Positions 1 through 10,700 of a DNA stretch of 32,000 nt are shown one piece after another; the first letter of the stretch is position 1; each line of letters opens with the position of its first letter. Under the pieces are notes generated by a model that was not told the DNA's origin, ran no database searches, and saw nothing but the letters and a program-made list of their open reading frames with translations. This stretch comes from Erysipelotrichaceae bacterium. GTDB taxonomy: Bacteria; Bacillota_I; Bacilli_A; Erysipelotrichales; Erysipelotrichaceae. Made by a program: the position numbers and the translations under genes. Where the stretch lies: assembly GCA_963663995.1 (NCBI GenBank), contig OY760660.1:240001-272000 (forward strand). Reading direction: 5' to 3'.

Positions 1-300
1 GGATCACTTACCGCCATGCAAAAAGGAAGTTCAGACAGATATTTCCAAGGTGGTGAAAAAGATCTTAAAAAATTAGTACCAGAAGGCATTGAAGCAACTG
101 TTGCTTATAAAGGTCCAATGGCAGATGTAGTCTATCAAATGATGGGTGGCTTACGATCAGGGATGGGTTATTGTGGTTGTGCTGATATTGCTCATTTAAA
201 AACGGATGCTAAATTTGTGAAAATCACCAATGCTGGTTTAGCTGAATCACATCCACATGATGTTCAAAATATCCAGGAGGCTCCAAACTACCGTGGCTGA
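1..300 (+). CDS. guaB: IMP dehydrogenase, C-terminal fragment (5' end lies upstream of the window)
   Basis: Frame 1 is open from base 1; the ORF track starts at internal Met 16. The translation [35 protein letters not shown]...[20 protein letters not shown] matches the conserved IMPDH C-terminus, and guaA follows directly. Confidence 0.85.
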   Translation, partial: GSLTAMQKGSSDRYFQGGEKDLKKLVPEGIEATVAYKGPMADVVYQMMGGLRSGMGYCGCADIAHLKTDAKFVKITNAGLAESHPHDVQNIQEAPNYRG

Positions 301-1825
301 TACAATTTTAGTTTTAGACTTCGGTTCTCAGTATAACCAACTGATTGCACGAAGAATTCGTGAAATGGGAGTGTTCTCAGAATTGCTTCCTAACGATGTT
401 GATCTTAAAAAAGTAATTACACCTGATGTTAAAGGGATTGTTTTTTCTGGCGGTCCAAATTCTGTTTATGATGAAGGAGCACTTTCAGTTGATCCTGCTA
501 TTTACGATCTAGGTTTACCAATCTTAGGCATTTGTTATGGAATGCAATTGATGATGCATCAATTAGAGGGTGGGAAAGTTGAACCAGGAAAACTTAGAGA
601 ATATGGTCCAGCCGATATTCATTTATTAAATGAAACCCATTTAAGTCATACCATGCCTTTAACGCAAAAAGTATGGATGAGCCATGGCGATCATGTTGCC
701 TCTATTGCTGAAGGTTTTAAAATTGATGCGAAAAGCAATCATGATGTGATTGCGGTTATTTCAAATGAAGATAAAAAATTCTATGGTTTACAATTCCATC
801 CAGAAGTAAGAAATAGTGAATATGGAAATCAATGGTTATCAAACTTTGTCTTTGATGTATGTAAAGCCGAAGCTAACTGGAAACTTGAAGATTTCATTGA
901 TCAACAAGTTCAAGAAATTAGAAATACAGTTGGTACAGATCAAGTGCTTTGTGCCCTATCAGGTGGTGTTGATTCATCTGTTGTCGCAGCATTACTACAT
1001 AAAGCAATTGGCCCACAATTAACCTGTATGTTTGTTGATCATGGCTTATTACGTTTAAATGAGCGTCAAATGGTTCGTGATATGTTTGAAGGCCATTTCG
1101 GTCTAAACTTAGTGGTTGTTGATGCCGAAGAGCGTTTCTTAGGAAAACTTGCCGGTGTTGAAGATCCTGAGAAAAAACGTAAAATTATCGGGACAGAATT
1201 TATTCGTGTCTTTGAAGAAGAAAGTTCTAAGTTAACAACTGTTAAATGGTTAGCTCAAGGAACTTTATATACAGATGTTATCGAGTCTGGTACTAAAACA
1301 GCTCAAACGATTAAATCTCATCACAATGTCGGTGGTTTACCAAAAGATATTCAATTTAAATTGATTGAACCATTAAATAAACTCTTTAAAGATGAAGTAC
1401 GTGCTTTAGGATTACTTTTGGGACTAAGTGAAGCAATGGTTTATCGTCAGCCATTCCCAGGTCCAGGTCTTGCGATTCGTATTATCGGAGAAGTCACTAA
1501 AGATAAATGTGATTTAGTCCGTTATAGTGATGCGATTTTCCATGAAGAAATCGTTAATGCAGGACTTCAACGTGATATTTGGCAGTACTTTACCGTTTTA
1601 ACAAATATTAGATCTGTGGGTGTTATGGGTGATCAAAGAACCTATGATTATGCTTTAGGTCTAAGAGCTGTTTCCTCTATTGATGGAATGACAGCAGATT
1701 ATGCAAAGATACCTTATGAAGTTTTAGATAAAGTATCTAAACGTATAGTCAATGAAGTTAGAGGGATTAATCGTATTATCTACGATATTACTCCTAAACC
1801 ACCAGCCACCATTGAGTGGGAATAA
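293..1825 (+). CDS. guaA: GMP synthase (glutamine-hydrolysing)
   Basis: N-terminal class I glutamine amidotransferase ([14 protein letters not shown]), ATP pyrophosphatase P-loop SGGVDSSV, and the conserved C-terminal dimerisation domain ending PPATIEWE. The ORF-track start at 257 overlaps guaB. A GTG at 293, 12 nt after AGGAGG (275-280), gives the typical N-terminus [14 protein letters not shown]. Confidence 0.93.
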   Translation: MADTILVLDFGSQYNQLIARRIREMGVFSELLPNDVDLKKVITPDVKGIVFSGGPNSVYDEGALSVDPAIYDLGLPILGICYGMQLMMHQLEGGKVEPGKLREYGPADIHLLNETHLSHTMPLTQKVWMSHGDHVASIAEGFKIDAKSNHDVIAVISNEDKKFYGLQFHPEVRNSEYGNQWLSNFVFDVCKAEANWKLEDFIDQQVQEIRNTVGTDQVLCALSGGVDSSVVAALLHKAIGPQLTCMFVDHGLLRLNERQMVRDMFEGHFGLNLVVVDAEERFLGKLAGVEDPEKKRKIIGTEFIRVFEEESSKLTTVKWLAQGTLYTDVIESGTKTAQTIKSHHNVGGLPKDIQFKLIEPLNKLFKDEVRALGLLLGLSEAMVYRQPFPGPGLAIRIIGEVTKDKCDLVRYSDAIFHEEIVNAGLQRDIWQYFTVLTNIRSVGVMGDQRTYDYALGLRAVSSIDGMTADYAKIPYEVLDKVSKRIVNEVRGINRIIYDITPKPPATIEWE

Positions 1826-1842
1826 TAAACATCTTAAAGTTT

Positions 1843-1869
1843 AAATGGGGCGTTAGGTCCCATTTTTTT
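1843..1869 (+). terminator. Rho-independent terminator after guaA
   Basis: Stem AAATGGG (1843-1849) pairs with CCCATTT (1859-1865), followed by a T-run, 18 nt after the guaA stop. Confidence 0.6.
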
Positions 1870-1894
1870 ATGAACTTTGAGTATACTATTACTT

Positions 1895-2365
1895 ATGAAT
1901 TTTATAGATCAAAGATGGCTGGCTTATCTAGCTCACTTTCATGCAGATCGCGATTATTACGCCTGTCATGATTATTTAGAAGAATGGTGGTTCGAATTAG
2001 GGAATCCACAGAATCACTTACTAATGGCTTTTATTCAGCTGGCAGTCGCTCTCTATCATTATCGTGCAGATAATATCAATGGAGCACGTATACTATTGGA
2101 TAAAGCAACATTGATTTTTGAAATGAATAAGGATTTGATCACAGACTATGGTTTAGATGAAGAAGCTTTGTTTACAAAACTTAATGAATTGAAATCAAAT
2201 GTTAAACATCATCGTCCATTTGTAGATGTAAATCTAAAGTTTAGTGATCAGCTCTTAGAGAAACACTTACATGAATTTTGTTTGAATCAAGACTTAGACT
2301 TGTATGCATCCTCTGATATGAATAATCTTCATTTAATTCATAAGCATAAATTCAAACATCGTTAG
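1895..2365 (+). CDS. DUF309-family protein
   Basis: FHADRDYYACHDYLEEWWFE...LLMAFIQLAVALYHYRADNINGARILLDKA resembles the DUF309 helical motif (HexlEexW ... A..yh...gN..GA). The ORF-track start at 1877 is a TTG; the first ATG is at 1895. Confidence 0.55.
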   Translation: MNFIDQRWLAYLAHFHADRDYYACHDYLEEWWFELGNPQNHLLMAFIQLAVALYHYRADNINGARILLDKATLIFEMNKDLITDYGLDEEALFTKLNELKSNVKHHRPFVDVNLKFSDQLLEKHLHEFCLNQDLDLYASSDMNNLHLIHKHKFKHR

Positions 2366-2403
2366 ATGCTATACTAAAAATAATCAATTTGTGAGGTGTT
2401 TAG

Positions 2404-2799
2404 ATGTCCATTAAAAAACAAGAAGAACAAATAAAAGCCTATTTTAATGTTTGGTTAAATCGTGATATTAAGCAATTAAATCAAATCTTTTCGAAAGATG
2501 TTTACTATGCTGAATGCATGGGACCTGAATATCGGGGTTTATATCAAGTAGAAGAATGGATTAAGTTTATGTTTAATAAACAAATCGTTTTGAATTGGGA
2601 CATTCATGAAATGATTTCTTCATTTGACCAAAAGACAATGACAGTCATTTGGACTTTTCATGCGAAAGAAGATAAAGAATATAATTTTGATGGTGTTTCG
2701 ATTATTAAGTTTGATAATGAAGATCGTATTTTAAGCATTCATGAATATGAAGCAATACATGATAAAGAGACACCCAAATATATCAAGGAGAGCCTTTAA
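2404..2799 (+). CDS. SnoaL/NTF2-like small protein
   Basis: 131 aa with an N-terminus (IKAYFNVWLNRDIKQLNQIFSKDVYY) typical of SnoaL-like/NTF2-fold proteins. GAGGTG RBS 6 nt upstream. Confidence 0.4.
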   Translation: MSIKKQEEQIKAYFNVWLNRDIKQLNQIFSKDVYYAECMGPEYRGLYQVEEWIKFMFNKQIVLNWDIHEMISSFDQKTMTVIWTFHAKEDKEYNFDGVSIIKFDNEDRILSIHEYEAIHDKETPKYIKESL

Positions 2800-3266
2800 T
2801 GGAATTTAGATTTGCAGAGCGAGCAGATACAGTGCTTATTTTAACGTTAATTGAAAAGTTAGCTGATTATGAAAAAATGACTGAGGATGTAGTCGCTACA
2901 CCTGAATTATTAGAAGAATGGATCTTTGATAAATCAAAAGCTGAAGTTCTTTTTGTTTTAGATAATCATAAAGAAGTCGGAATGGCTTTATTCTTCCATA
3001 ATTTTTCTACTTTCTTAGGAAAAGGTGGGATCTATTTAGAAGATCTCTATGTTTTAGAAGAGAATAGGGGAAAAGGTTATGGTAAAGCTTTATTAAAGAA
3101 GTTAGCTGAAATAACTGTTGAAAGAGAATGTGGTCGCTTAGAATGGGCTTGTTTGAATTGGAATCAACCAAGCATTGATTTTTATTTATCTTTAGGGGCA
3201 CAACGTATGGATGAATGGAATGTATATCGTTTAAGTGGAGAACAGCTCTTAAAAGTCGCGAAATAG
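2799..3266 (+). CDS. GNAT family N-acetyltransferase
   Basis: Acetyl-CoA binding motif A (LYVLEENRGKGYGKALLKKLAEIAVE) and diamine-acetyltransferase-like architecture. The start overlaps the upstream stop (TAATG). Confidence 0.8.
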   Translation: MEFRFAERADTVLILTLIEKLADYEKMTEDVVATPELLEEWIFDKSKAEVLFVLDNHKEVGMALFFHNFSTFLGKGGIYLEDLYVLEENRGKGYGKALLKKLAEITVERECGRLEWACLNWNQPSIDFYLSLGAQRMDEWNVYRLSGEQLLKVAK

Positions 3267-3320
3267 CATGCACAGATAACATGACTTGTATTTTTTTAAC
3301 GACAAGTTTATCTTAAAAAT

Positions 3321-3689
3321 ATGGAAAAAACATTTGATACATATCTTGAGACACAAACACCTCAAGCGCAAGAAAAACTAGCTTTAATATTTGATTGGAT
3401 AGATGAGAACTATCCACAATTTGAAAAGGTGATAAAGTGGAATCAACCAATGTTTACAGATCATGAAACATTTATCATTGGTTTTTCTACTTCTAAGAAA
3501 CACATTTCTGTTTCTCCTGAACCCTTTGTTGTTCAACAATTTCAAAAAGAATTAGAAGAAGCCAATTATAATCCAACAAGCAATTTATTTAGAATTACTT
3601 GGGACCAAGACATCAACTTTGATTTATTAAAGAAAATGATTGATGTTCAGGTTGAAGATAAAAAAGACTTTACTGGCTTCTGGCGATAA
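3321..3689 (+). CDS. DUF1801 / YdhG-like protein
   Basis: 122 aa. KWNQPMFTDHETFIIGFSTSKKHISVSPEP resembles the YdhG-like DUF1801 core. Confidence 0.45.
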   Translation: MEKTFDTYLETQTPQAQEKLALIFDWIDENYPQFEKVIKWNQPMFTDHETFIIGFSTSKKHISVSPEPFVVQQFQKELEEANYNPTSNLFRITWDQDINFDLLKKMIDVQVEDKKDFTGFWR

Positions 3690-3691
3690 AA

Positions 3692-3716
3692 AATAGTGGA
3701 ATTTCCACTATTTTTT
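3692..3716. terminator. Bidirectional terminator between convergent genes
   Basis: AATAGTGGA (3692-3700) pairs with TCCACTATT (3704-3712), flanked by an A-run on the left and a T-run on the right. It overlaps the alr stop codon. Confidence 0.55.
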
Positions 3717-4829
3717 TATGATTATTTCAGGTGAAGGGTAGCGGGCATTTAAGATAGCTACAACTTCATTATTTTTTAAATAGACACGTGGTATTCGGTC
3801 GTTGAGTTGAACTAAGAACTCATAAGGAATTGTTCCAACATGTTCAGCTAGTTTGTGAATGTCCAAATGTGGTCCTAAGAGCTCTACTTCAGTACCAATA
3901 GGATAATCTTTATCTAATTTAATGACTGATAAGTCCATGCTGATACGTCCGACAAATTCACAATATTCACCTTCAACATAGCATTTAGCTCCTTGAAAGA
4001 AACGAGAGAAACCATCAGCATAACCAATACTTAATGTTCCAATCCATTCGTCATCTGTGGTTGTATAGGTAGCGTTATAGCCAATCTGTTGACCTTTCTC
4101 AACTTGTTTAACATCGTGTAACTGTGTCACTAAACGCATGACTGGTTTTAAATCTACATCGTAATCTGAATATCCATAGAGTGATAATCCGATTCTAACC
4201 GCATTACAGTGCGGTGTAGGGAAGTTTGCGACTGCTCCCGAGTTAGATGTATGAATCCATTTAAAGCTTCTATCTAAGCTTTCTAGTGTATCAACAAAGA
4301 GTTGGTACTGTTTAGGGGTTAATGGAGATTCTTTTTCATCACTCGAAATAAAGTGAGTAAATAGTCCTTCAACTTCAACATTCTTTTCATCACAGAGATT
4401 TAAAGCCATTTGAACATCTTTGGGAAATATCCCATAGCGGTTTAAACCTGTATTTACTTTTAAATGACATTTAAGACCTTTTGTTTTTGGTAAACCTTTG
4501 ATCCACTGAAAACTTAAAGCAGATAGGGTGAGCTTGTTTTGTACCACTACATCTAAATCTTCATAAGCGACATAGCCTAAGACTAAGATTTTAGAAGTAA
4601 TCCCTTTAAGTCTTAGATTTAAAGCTTCATCAAGGGTTGCGACTCCAAAAAAGTGGACACCTAAAGATTCAAGCTCTTTTGCATACATGACATCACCATG
4701 CCCATAGGCATTAGCTTTAATAATCGCAATCAATGTATTTTGATGGTAGTTATAGAGTGTTTTGATATTGTGTGCTAAAGCATCTAAATCGATGTAAGCA
4801 ACCGTTTGTCGATAATATGGTTTGATCAT
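3708..4829 (-). CDS. alr: Alanine racemase
   Basis: PLP-lysine motif AIIKANAYGHG near the N-terminus, length of 373 aa, and a C-terminal beta domain (GYADGFSR, RISMD). Confidence 0.9.
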   Translation of the reverse strand: MIKPYYRQTVAYIDLDALAHNIKTLYNYHQNTLIAIIKANAYGHGDVMYAKELESLGVHFFGVATLDEALNLRLKGITSKILVLGYVAYEDLDVVVQNKLTLSALSFQWIKGLPKTKGLKCHLKVNTGLNRYGIFPKDVQMALNLCDEKNVEVEGLFTHFISSDEKESPLTPKQYQLFVDTLESLDRSFKWIHTSNSGAVANFPTPHCNAVRIGLSLYGYSDYDVDLKPVMRLVTQLHDVKQVEKGQQIGYNATYTTTDDEWIGTLSIGYADGFSRFFQGAKCYVEGEYCEFVGRISMDLSVIKLDKDYPIGTEVELLGPHLDIHKLAEHVGTIPYEFLVQLNDRIPRVYLKNNEVVAILNARYPSPEIIIKK

Positions 4830-5239
4830 ACAATGGTCGCCTGTTCATAAGCAAAGTATGCACCACCAATCATAAAGAGAAGGTGAATCATACCAGATAT
4901 GCCACTAAAATAAGATATGAATAAAGATAGGATGACTTGTGGCCACAAAACAAATAGTAGACCTACATAAGTCATTGCATCAGCAATAAGAAATGAAGCA
5001 ATAGCACATAATGCTGCTAAGATATTAAATTTCTTTTGAACGCCTCGTCCATTTTTTTGAATAAGATCACCAATTAACCATCCAATTCCTAAATAGATAA
5101 CAGAGAATCGAATAGGAATGATTCTGTTAAGAAATCCATAGGCAATCCCTAGAACTAAAGCGCTTGGAATTCCTACTAATAAGGCACGATTGAAACGTTG
5201 ATTTTGGCTTAACGCCCTTGTGTTAAATACTTTTATCAT
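4826..5239 (-). CDS. Small integral membrane protein of unknown function
   Basis: 137 aa with about four hydrophobic helices. Its 3' end overlaps the alr start by 4 nt, suggesting coupling. Confidence 0.5.
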   Translation of the reverse strand: MIKVFNTRALSQNQRFNRALLVGIPSALVLGIAYGFLNRIIPIRFSVIYLGIGWLIGDLIQKNGRGVQKKFNILAALCAIASFLIADAMTYVGLLFVLWPQVILSLFISYFSGISGMIHLLFMIGGAYFAYEQATIV

Positions 5240-5312
5240 AATGGGATTATTATAGCATGCAGTCCATTACAAACCCAAGTTAAAATTATGCCTAAAAATG
5301 CGCTATTTTATG

Positions 5313-5341
5313 TTGACGCACTTTTATCGCTATGGTATATT
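5313..5341 (+). promoter_or_regulatory. Candidate sigma-A promoter of the tRNA operon
   Basis: TTGACG (5313-5318), a 17-nt spacer ending in TGG, then TATATT (5336-5341), about 25 nt upstream of tRNA-Val. Confidence 0.45.
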
Positions 5342-5364
5342 TATAAGGCACTTAAGCAATTAGT

Positions 5365-5440
5365 GGAGGCTTAGCTCAGCTGGGAGAGCATCTGCCTTAC
5401 AAGCAGAGGGTCGGGGGTTCGAGCCCCTCAGCCTCCACCA
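5365..5440 (+). tRNA. tRNA-Val (anticodon TAC)
   Basis: Cloverleaf read by hand: acceptor GGAGGCT/AGCCTCC, anticodon loop CTTACAA, T-loop TTCGAGC, encoded CCA. Confidence 0.9.
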
Positions 5441-5454
5441 TTTTTTTTGAAAAA

Positions 5455-5530
5455 GCCGGCTTAGCTCAATTGGTAGAGCAACTGATTTGTAATCAGTAGG
5501 TTGTGGGTTCAAGTCCTATAGCCGGCACCA
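5455..5530 (+). tRNA. tRNA-Thr (anticodon TGT)
   Basis: Acceptor GCCGGCT/AGCCGGC, anticodon stem ACTGA/TCAGT with loop TTTGTAA, encoded CCA. Confidence 0.9.
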
Positions 5531-5556
5531 TTAAGATTACCTTACAGCCCCCAACT

Positions 5557-5641
5557 GGGGGGGTAGCGAAGTGGCTAAACGCGGTTGACTGTAACTCAAT
5601 TCTCTCCGAGTTCGGCGGTTCGAATCCGCCCCCCCCCACCA
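5557..5641 (+). tRNA. tRNA-Tyr (anticodon GTA), long variable arm
   Basis: Acceptor GGGGGGG/CCCCCCC, anticodon loop CTGTAAC, long variable arm (type II), T-arm GGCGG-TTCGAAT-CCGCC, encoded CCA. Confidence 0.88.
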
Positions 5642-5655
5642 TTCTTTAAGGTAAT

Positions 5656-5731
5656 TGGGGTATAGCCAAGCGGTAAGGCACCAGACTTTGACTCTGGCAT
5701 TTCCCTGGTTCGAATCCAGGTACCCCAGCCA
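5656..5731 (+). tRNA. tRNA-Gln (anticodon TTG)
   Basis: Acceptor TGGGGTA/TACCCCA, anticodon stem CCAGA/TCTGG with loop CTTTGAC, T-arm CCTGG-TTCGAAT-CCAGG, encoded CCA. Confidence 0.88.
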
Positions 5732-5738
5732 TAAATGT

Positions 5739-5814
5739 GACCCGTTAGCTCAGTTGGTAGAGCAACTGACTTTTAATCAGTGGGTCGAAGGTTCGAATCC
5801 TTTACGGGTCACCA
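5739..5814 (+). tRNA. tRNA-Lys (anticodon TTT)
   Basis: Acceptor GACCCGT/ACGGGTC, anticodon stem ACTGA/TCAGT with loop CTTTTAA, encoded CCA. Confidence 0.9.
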
Positions 5815-5858
5815 TTTATTTTCTTAGATTACTCATTAATAAGCGTTTAATACGTGAT

Positions 5859-5932
5859 GCGGATGTAGTTCAATGGTAGAACTTCAGCCTTCCAAGCTGA
5901 CTACGTGGGTTCGATTCCCATCATCCGCTCCA
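5859..5932 (+). tRNA. tRNA-Gly (anticodon TCC); its 3' end is the att core of the downstream islands
   Basis: Acceptor GCGGATG/CATCCGC, anticodon stem CAGC/GCTG with loop CTTCCAA, T-arm GTGGG-TTCGATT-CCCAT, encoded CCA. The last 17 nt recur four times downstream. Confidence 0.9.
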
Positions 5933-5943
5933 ATAGTCAAATT

Positions 5944-5967
5944 AGCCCTTAAATAAAGGGTTTTTTT
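5944..5967 (+). terminator. Terminator hairpin after tRNA-Gly
   Basis: CCCTT (5946-5950) pairs with AAGGG (5956-5960), followed by T7. Confidence 0.55.
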
Positions 5968-5980
5968 ATGCTTAAAAAAA

Positions 5981-6000
5981 AGTGCAACGGAAAGTGCAAC
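5981..6000 (+). repeat. Paired AGTGCAAC direct repeats (candidate arm-type recombinase sites, left arm of island 1)
   Basis: AGTGCAAC at 5981-5988 and 5993-6000. The same pair recurs at 17253-17270 near the other island end. Confidence 0.5.
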
Positions 6001-6061
6001 GCTCATATTGAAAATTAAAAGAAGAATATTTCTAATATTCTTCTTTATTTTACAAGTAATA

Positions 6062-7366
6062 TTACTCAAATGATTTTTGCATTTTCTTTTCTTTTTCTTT
6101 AAACATATGTGCATAAATGTCTTCTACCATTCTTTGTGTATTTCCAAGACTATCTGCAACATCTTTTGAATTATAACCTTCATCTATTAGCGTCGATGCA
6201 CTACTATGTCGAAAATCGTGTAATCTCATATGCTCTAAACCAGCTTCTTTTAAGTATTTTTCTTCATATCTTCTTACAGTAGTAGGACTGAGTCTGACTT
6301 GTCCCTGTCTACGTTTAGCGGTTGTAAAACTGGAGAATAATGGTAATTTACTACTATAAATACCTTTTTCTTTATAATAATTTATTAAGTTCATTATATG
6401 ATGATGAGCAATATCACCCACGTATTTTTCGCGTGTACTATTTTCGGTTTTTGTTTCTGTTATTAAATTGTTAACATTATCCCAATTATTTTTAATATCT
6501 AATATGCGTTTTTCAGGATCGTAGTCTTCAACTAAAAGAACTAAGCATTCTCCAATTCTCATTGACAGCGTATATAAAATTGAATAGATTGCTAGATCTT
6601 GGAGTTTTTGCAATTGATTAATCTTACCATTTTTATTGGTATGACACTCAATTGTTTTCATTAAATGTTTGAATTGTTCTTTATCGATAATTTGGTATTT
6701 CAGTTTTTCTTTTGTTTTAAAACTACTTTTAGTTATAGTGAATTTTTCAAAATATTTAAATGGATTAACTTCAATATAATCTTGATTTTTTGCATATGTG
6801 AAAATTGATTTGAAAAGTGTTTGGATATTTATTAAAGTGCTCTTGGATAATCCATAAGTTACTTCTTTTTGTGAACCAGCATATTTCGTGTATGTTGCAC
6901 TCTGTAAATAATCACGCCATTCTTCGATATCCTCTTTTTTAATTTTATCTATTGATTTAGTGATATTTTTATAATCTTCTAGTTTTAATCCGTGTAGTTT
7001 GTTTTTGTCAATTCCTGGTAATAAAAAATTAGGAAGAATATGTTTTAGTGCTTTTGTTGATAAGTCATAATGACTTCTTTCTTTATGCTTTTTGAAATCA
7101 ACCTTTTTGTCTAGATATTCAATAAACACTGAAGCAATCGATTTTGAACACATTGATAGAACTTGCTCAGGATTTTGTAACTGTTCTTTTAAAAGTTCTA
7201 AGGCTGTTTCTGCTTCATCTTTACCCCATTTCATGCGCCCTTTTCTTACTTTATGAGTTTTTTTATTTTCATCTTTATAGACTAAATAATAACCCCACAT
7301 TGACGAACCGTTTCTTGTGATTTGCTTTGTTTCTTCCTTTACAACTTTAGTTAACATGTGCTTCAT
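6062..7366 (-). CDS. int: Tyrosine-type site-specific integrase
   Basis: C-terminal catalytic signature: SMRIGE (box I Arg), HDFRHSSAS (H-x-x-R), and DIYAHM (Tyr nucleophile region). N-terminal arm-binding-like region WGYYLVYKDENKKTHKVRKGRMKWGKDEAE. Sits next to a tRNA. Confidence 0.9.
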   Translation of the reverse strand: MKHMLTKVVKEETKQITRNGSSMWGYYLVYKDENKKTHKVRKGRMKWGKDEAETALELLKEQLQNPEQVLSMCSKSIASVFIEYLDKKVDFKKHKERSHYDLSTKALKHILPNFLLPGIDKNKLHGLKLEDYKNITKSIDKIKKEDIEEWRDYLQSATYTKYAGSQKEVTYGLSKSTLINIQTLFKSIFTYAKNQDYIEVNPFKYFEKFTITKSSFKTKEKLKYQIIDKEQFKHLMKTIECHTNKNGKINQLQKLQDLAIYSILYTLSMRIGECLVLLVEDYDPEKRILDIKNNWDNVNNLITETKTENSTREKYVGDIAHHHIMNLINYYKEKGIYSSKLPLFSSFTTAKRRQGQVRLSPTTVRRYEEKYLKEAGLEHMRLHDFRHSSASTLIDEGYNSKDVADSLGNTQRMVEDIYAHMFKEKEKKMQKSFE

Positions 7367-7553
7367 CTTTCTTTTCCAAATCTACATCTAGACCACCAGT
7401 TTTTTCTAAAAAATCTAAGTTGATTTTTAACTCTTTGATAGCTATATCAGTTGGAATTAAAGCTCTACTATAATTTTCAAAAACATCGTAATTAATTTTT
7501 GATTGTATTTCTTTAATAATTTTTCTTGCAGAAGGTAATACAAGTACCTTTGA
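7347..7553 (-). pseudogene. Start-less 3' gene fragment upstream of int
   Basis: 69 stop-free codons (…ARKIIKEIQSKINYDVFENYSRALIPTDIAIKELKINLDFLEKTGGLDVDLEKKDEAHVN*) with no ATG/GTG/TTG start. The stop overlaps the int start. A run this long is unlikely by chance in AT-rich DNA. Confidence 0.3.
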
Positions 7554-7785
7554 CTATGTTAATAATCAAATCGTTAAGAAAACGGATGCGCTAGGAAATG
7601 AAGAACGCATTCAATATGATCGAAATAACCAAGTTATCGAAACAAAGACAGTCGATCATGTTTTAGGAACCATCGCACAAAAAACATTCACGTATGATGG
7701 AGTCGGAAATAAACTATCCGAAACAGACCTCTATGGAAATCAAACTCACTATAGCTATGATGCCAATGGCAATCTTTTAAGAAGC

Positions 7786-10700
7786 ATGAGTGATGTTTTA
7801 GATGCGAATTTAGAAAAAGCGACTGCAACAACACAATATGAATACGATGCAGCCAATCGCTTGATTGCCGAGATTGATCCTTATGGTAAACAAACGCTGA
7901 CTGAATATGATGGAATGGGTCGAATTCTAACCATCACAACAAAAGCACCTAATACTGTAGATATTTTAGAAGTCGCTTATCAATATGATGAAAATGGGAA
8001 TGTCATTGAAAAAACAGAAAGTGGGGCTGTTAGCACTTATGTTTATAATGAACTCAATGAGTTGATTGAAGAAATAACACCTACCAGTCTTCATATCTTT
8101 TATACTTATGATCGCAATCATCGTTTGATTAGCACAGCGAAAACTTCATCAGAAGTTTATAATGCAGAAGCATCTGACTTAAGAGTAACGAGTCAAAAAT
8201 ACGATTATCTTGGCCGTCTTGTTGATAGTATGGATGAATTAGGACGTCATCAATTGATTCGTTATGATGCATATGGAAATGTTAATGCAAGCATTAGTTA
8301 TGATGGGCAGTTTGTCAGAAATACATATAGCGCTAACAACCAACTTGAAATCAGCATTGATGCGCGAGGTAATAAGACTGAATATCACTATAATGAACTC
8401 AATCAACTTGTTTCAATCATTGATGATGAAGGAAATATCAGTCGATTTGTTTATGATGCACTTGGTAATATCATTCAAAGTGAAAATGCTTTAGGAGAAA
8501 TCCAAAGTTTTGAAGTTGATATGTATGGCAATATCACACGTCAAGTTGATGCATTAGGGCATGTCATCACATCATCCTACGGACCTCAATCCCTACTTAA
8601 AGAGCAAATCACCTTTGATTCTGAACAAAATGAATTACTTAGAACCATTTATACCTATGATTTACTAAATCGTTTAATCAAAGAGAAAACAATTTATACC
8701 AATCCTCTGACCAATTCTCAAGAAATCACGGTTGTGCAAAATATGTATGACATTCTTGGAGATATGGTAAAGCACGTTGATGCGCGCAATTATGAAACAA
8801 GTTACGTGTATAACTTTGCCCATCAAGTCATGCAAATCGATTATCCTAATGGTCTTAAGGTTCAAAATACCTATGATCAAGATACAAAACTACTCATAGA
8901 AACAAAGAAAATTGATACGACCTTAGTCAATAGTGATCGCATCAATCAATTTGAATACAATGCTTTTGGTGAAATCATCCAAGAGACTTATGCAAACAAC
9001 AGTTTCAAGACAAATGACTATGGTCATGCAGGTGAACTCTTAAGTGAAAGCTTCTCTAACGATGATTTAGTTTCTTCATCTGATGATTACATTAAAACTT
9101 ACCAATATGATGAAAATGGACGTTTAGTAGGCATATCTGATAATGCAAACTACAATGAGTCAACAGATACTTATGCATCACAAACACTAGAGTTAAGAAC
9201 ATACAATAGCTTTGGCGATTTGGCCTCTGTTACCACACAAAGTGGTCTTGTCACAGAATATAGTTATGATCACTTTGGTCGAAAAATCGAAGAACGTGTG
9301 AAAGATGTTTTAGTTGAAACCAGTGTAAATGGAAGTCTTGTAAGTTCAACACAAGATTTAACGACATCCTATAGTTATGATAAACTCAGTCGAGTTACTC
9401 AAATGGTTTATCCAAATGGACTAACAGAATCATCTGTTTATGATGCAAGTGGTAATATCTTATCTAAATCAAGTTCAGATAATATAACAACAAAGACTGA
9501 ATCTTATGTCTATGATGCACTCAATCATCCAATAAAAGTCATCTACGCAAATTTGGATGAAACGAATTCCATTTATAATGCTTTAGGACAACTAGTCAAA
9601 ACCATTACAACGAGTGGTGAAAGCACCATTTATACCTATGATACTAATGGCAATTTGATCAAAAAGGAAATCTTTACCTCTAATGATCAATTAGCTCAAA
9701 AAACAGAATATGTCTATGATGGCATGAATCAACTCACTCAAACAAAAGAATTAAGAGTTGTTGATAGTATTGAATCTTATGCCCTAACAACCAATACCTA
9801 TAATGTATTTGGCGATTTAGAATCTGTCCAAGATCCAAAAGGATATCTTGTTGAATATGCCTATGATGAAATGGGAAATCAAATCAAAATTACCTATGCA
9901 TCAGAAAACGAAATCAATATGACTTATACAGCCAGTGGTTTATTAAGCGAAAAGACATATTCAACTAAGAATACAGATCCTTTCAACCTCTTTACCAGCC
10001 ATGAAGTTTATACTTACCTGATTGATGGAAAACTCGCTAGCTTCAGTGATAACCCTCCAACATCCAGCAGTGAAAGTCACAAGTCAGTTGTTTACAGCTA
10101 TGAAAATGGTGTTTTAAGTCAAGTTGAAACAAAACTCAGCTCTATGAGTGGAACCCTTGAAACCATAACGAATTGCGATCGTGTATCGTACAGCTATGAT
10201 GCTTTAGGAAGAGTCACGACAATGAGTGATTTAAATGGTCATACAAGCACTCATTATGATGCACAAGGCAATATCAGTGGAGTTGAGCGTATTAATGAAA
10301 CTGTACAATTGGATTTAAACTTCAATGAAGTCAGTCGTTCAACTACAAGTAGTAGCCTTGTTCAATATACTTATGATAAATGGGGCAATCAAACAAGCAT
10401 CATCTATCCAGATGCAAGCAGTGTTACTAAGACTTATGATGTGATGAATCGTTTAACATCTGTGAGTGATGGTGTGGATGTGACAAGCTATGTTTATGAC
10501 AACCAAAATCAAACAGTTACAGAAACCCATTTAGATGGTAGTCAAAAAGTCACAAGCTACCAATTAGGTAAAACAATCAGTGTAGTCTCAAGCCATTATG
10601 ATGCATTCTATGACACACAAATAGTAGATTTCTCACAAATCTTGACCTATGATACTCAACAAAACGTCATTCATGAAGAAAGACTTCAAAATGGTGAAAC

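Noticed and set aside
816-3282. ORFs 816-1022 (+) inside guaA and 3007-3282 (-) antisense to the GNAT gene
   Set aside because: They are embedded in well-supported conserved genes, and their translations are low-complexity with no motifs.
5655-6114. ORF-track entries 5655-5879 (+) and 5884-6114 (-)
   Set aside because: They run across the tRNA-Gln, tRNA-Lys and tRNA-Gly genes, the tRNA terminator and the AGTGCAAC repeats. Their sequence is explained by the RNA genes and they have no RBS.
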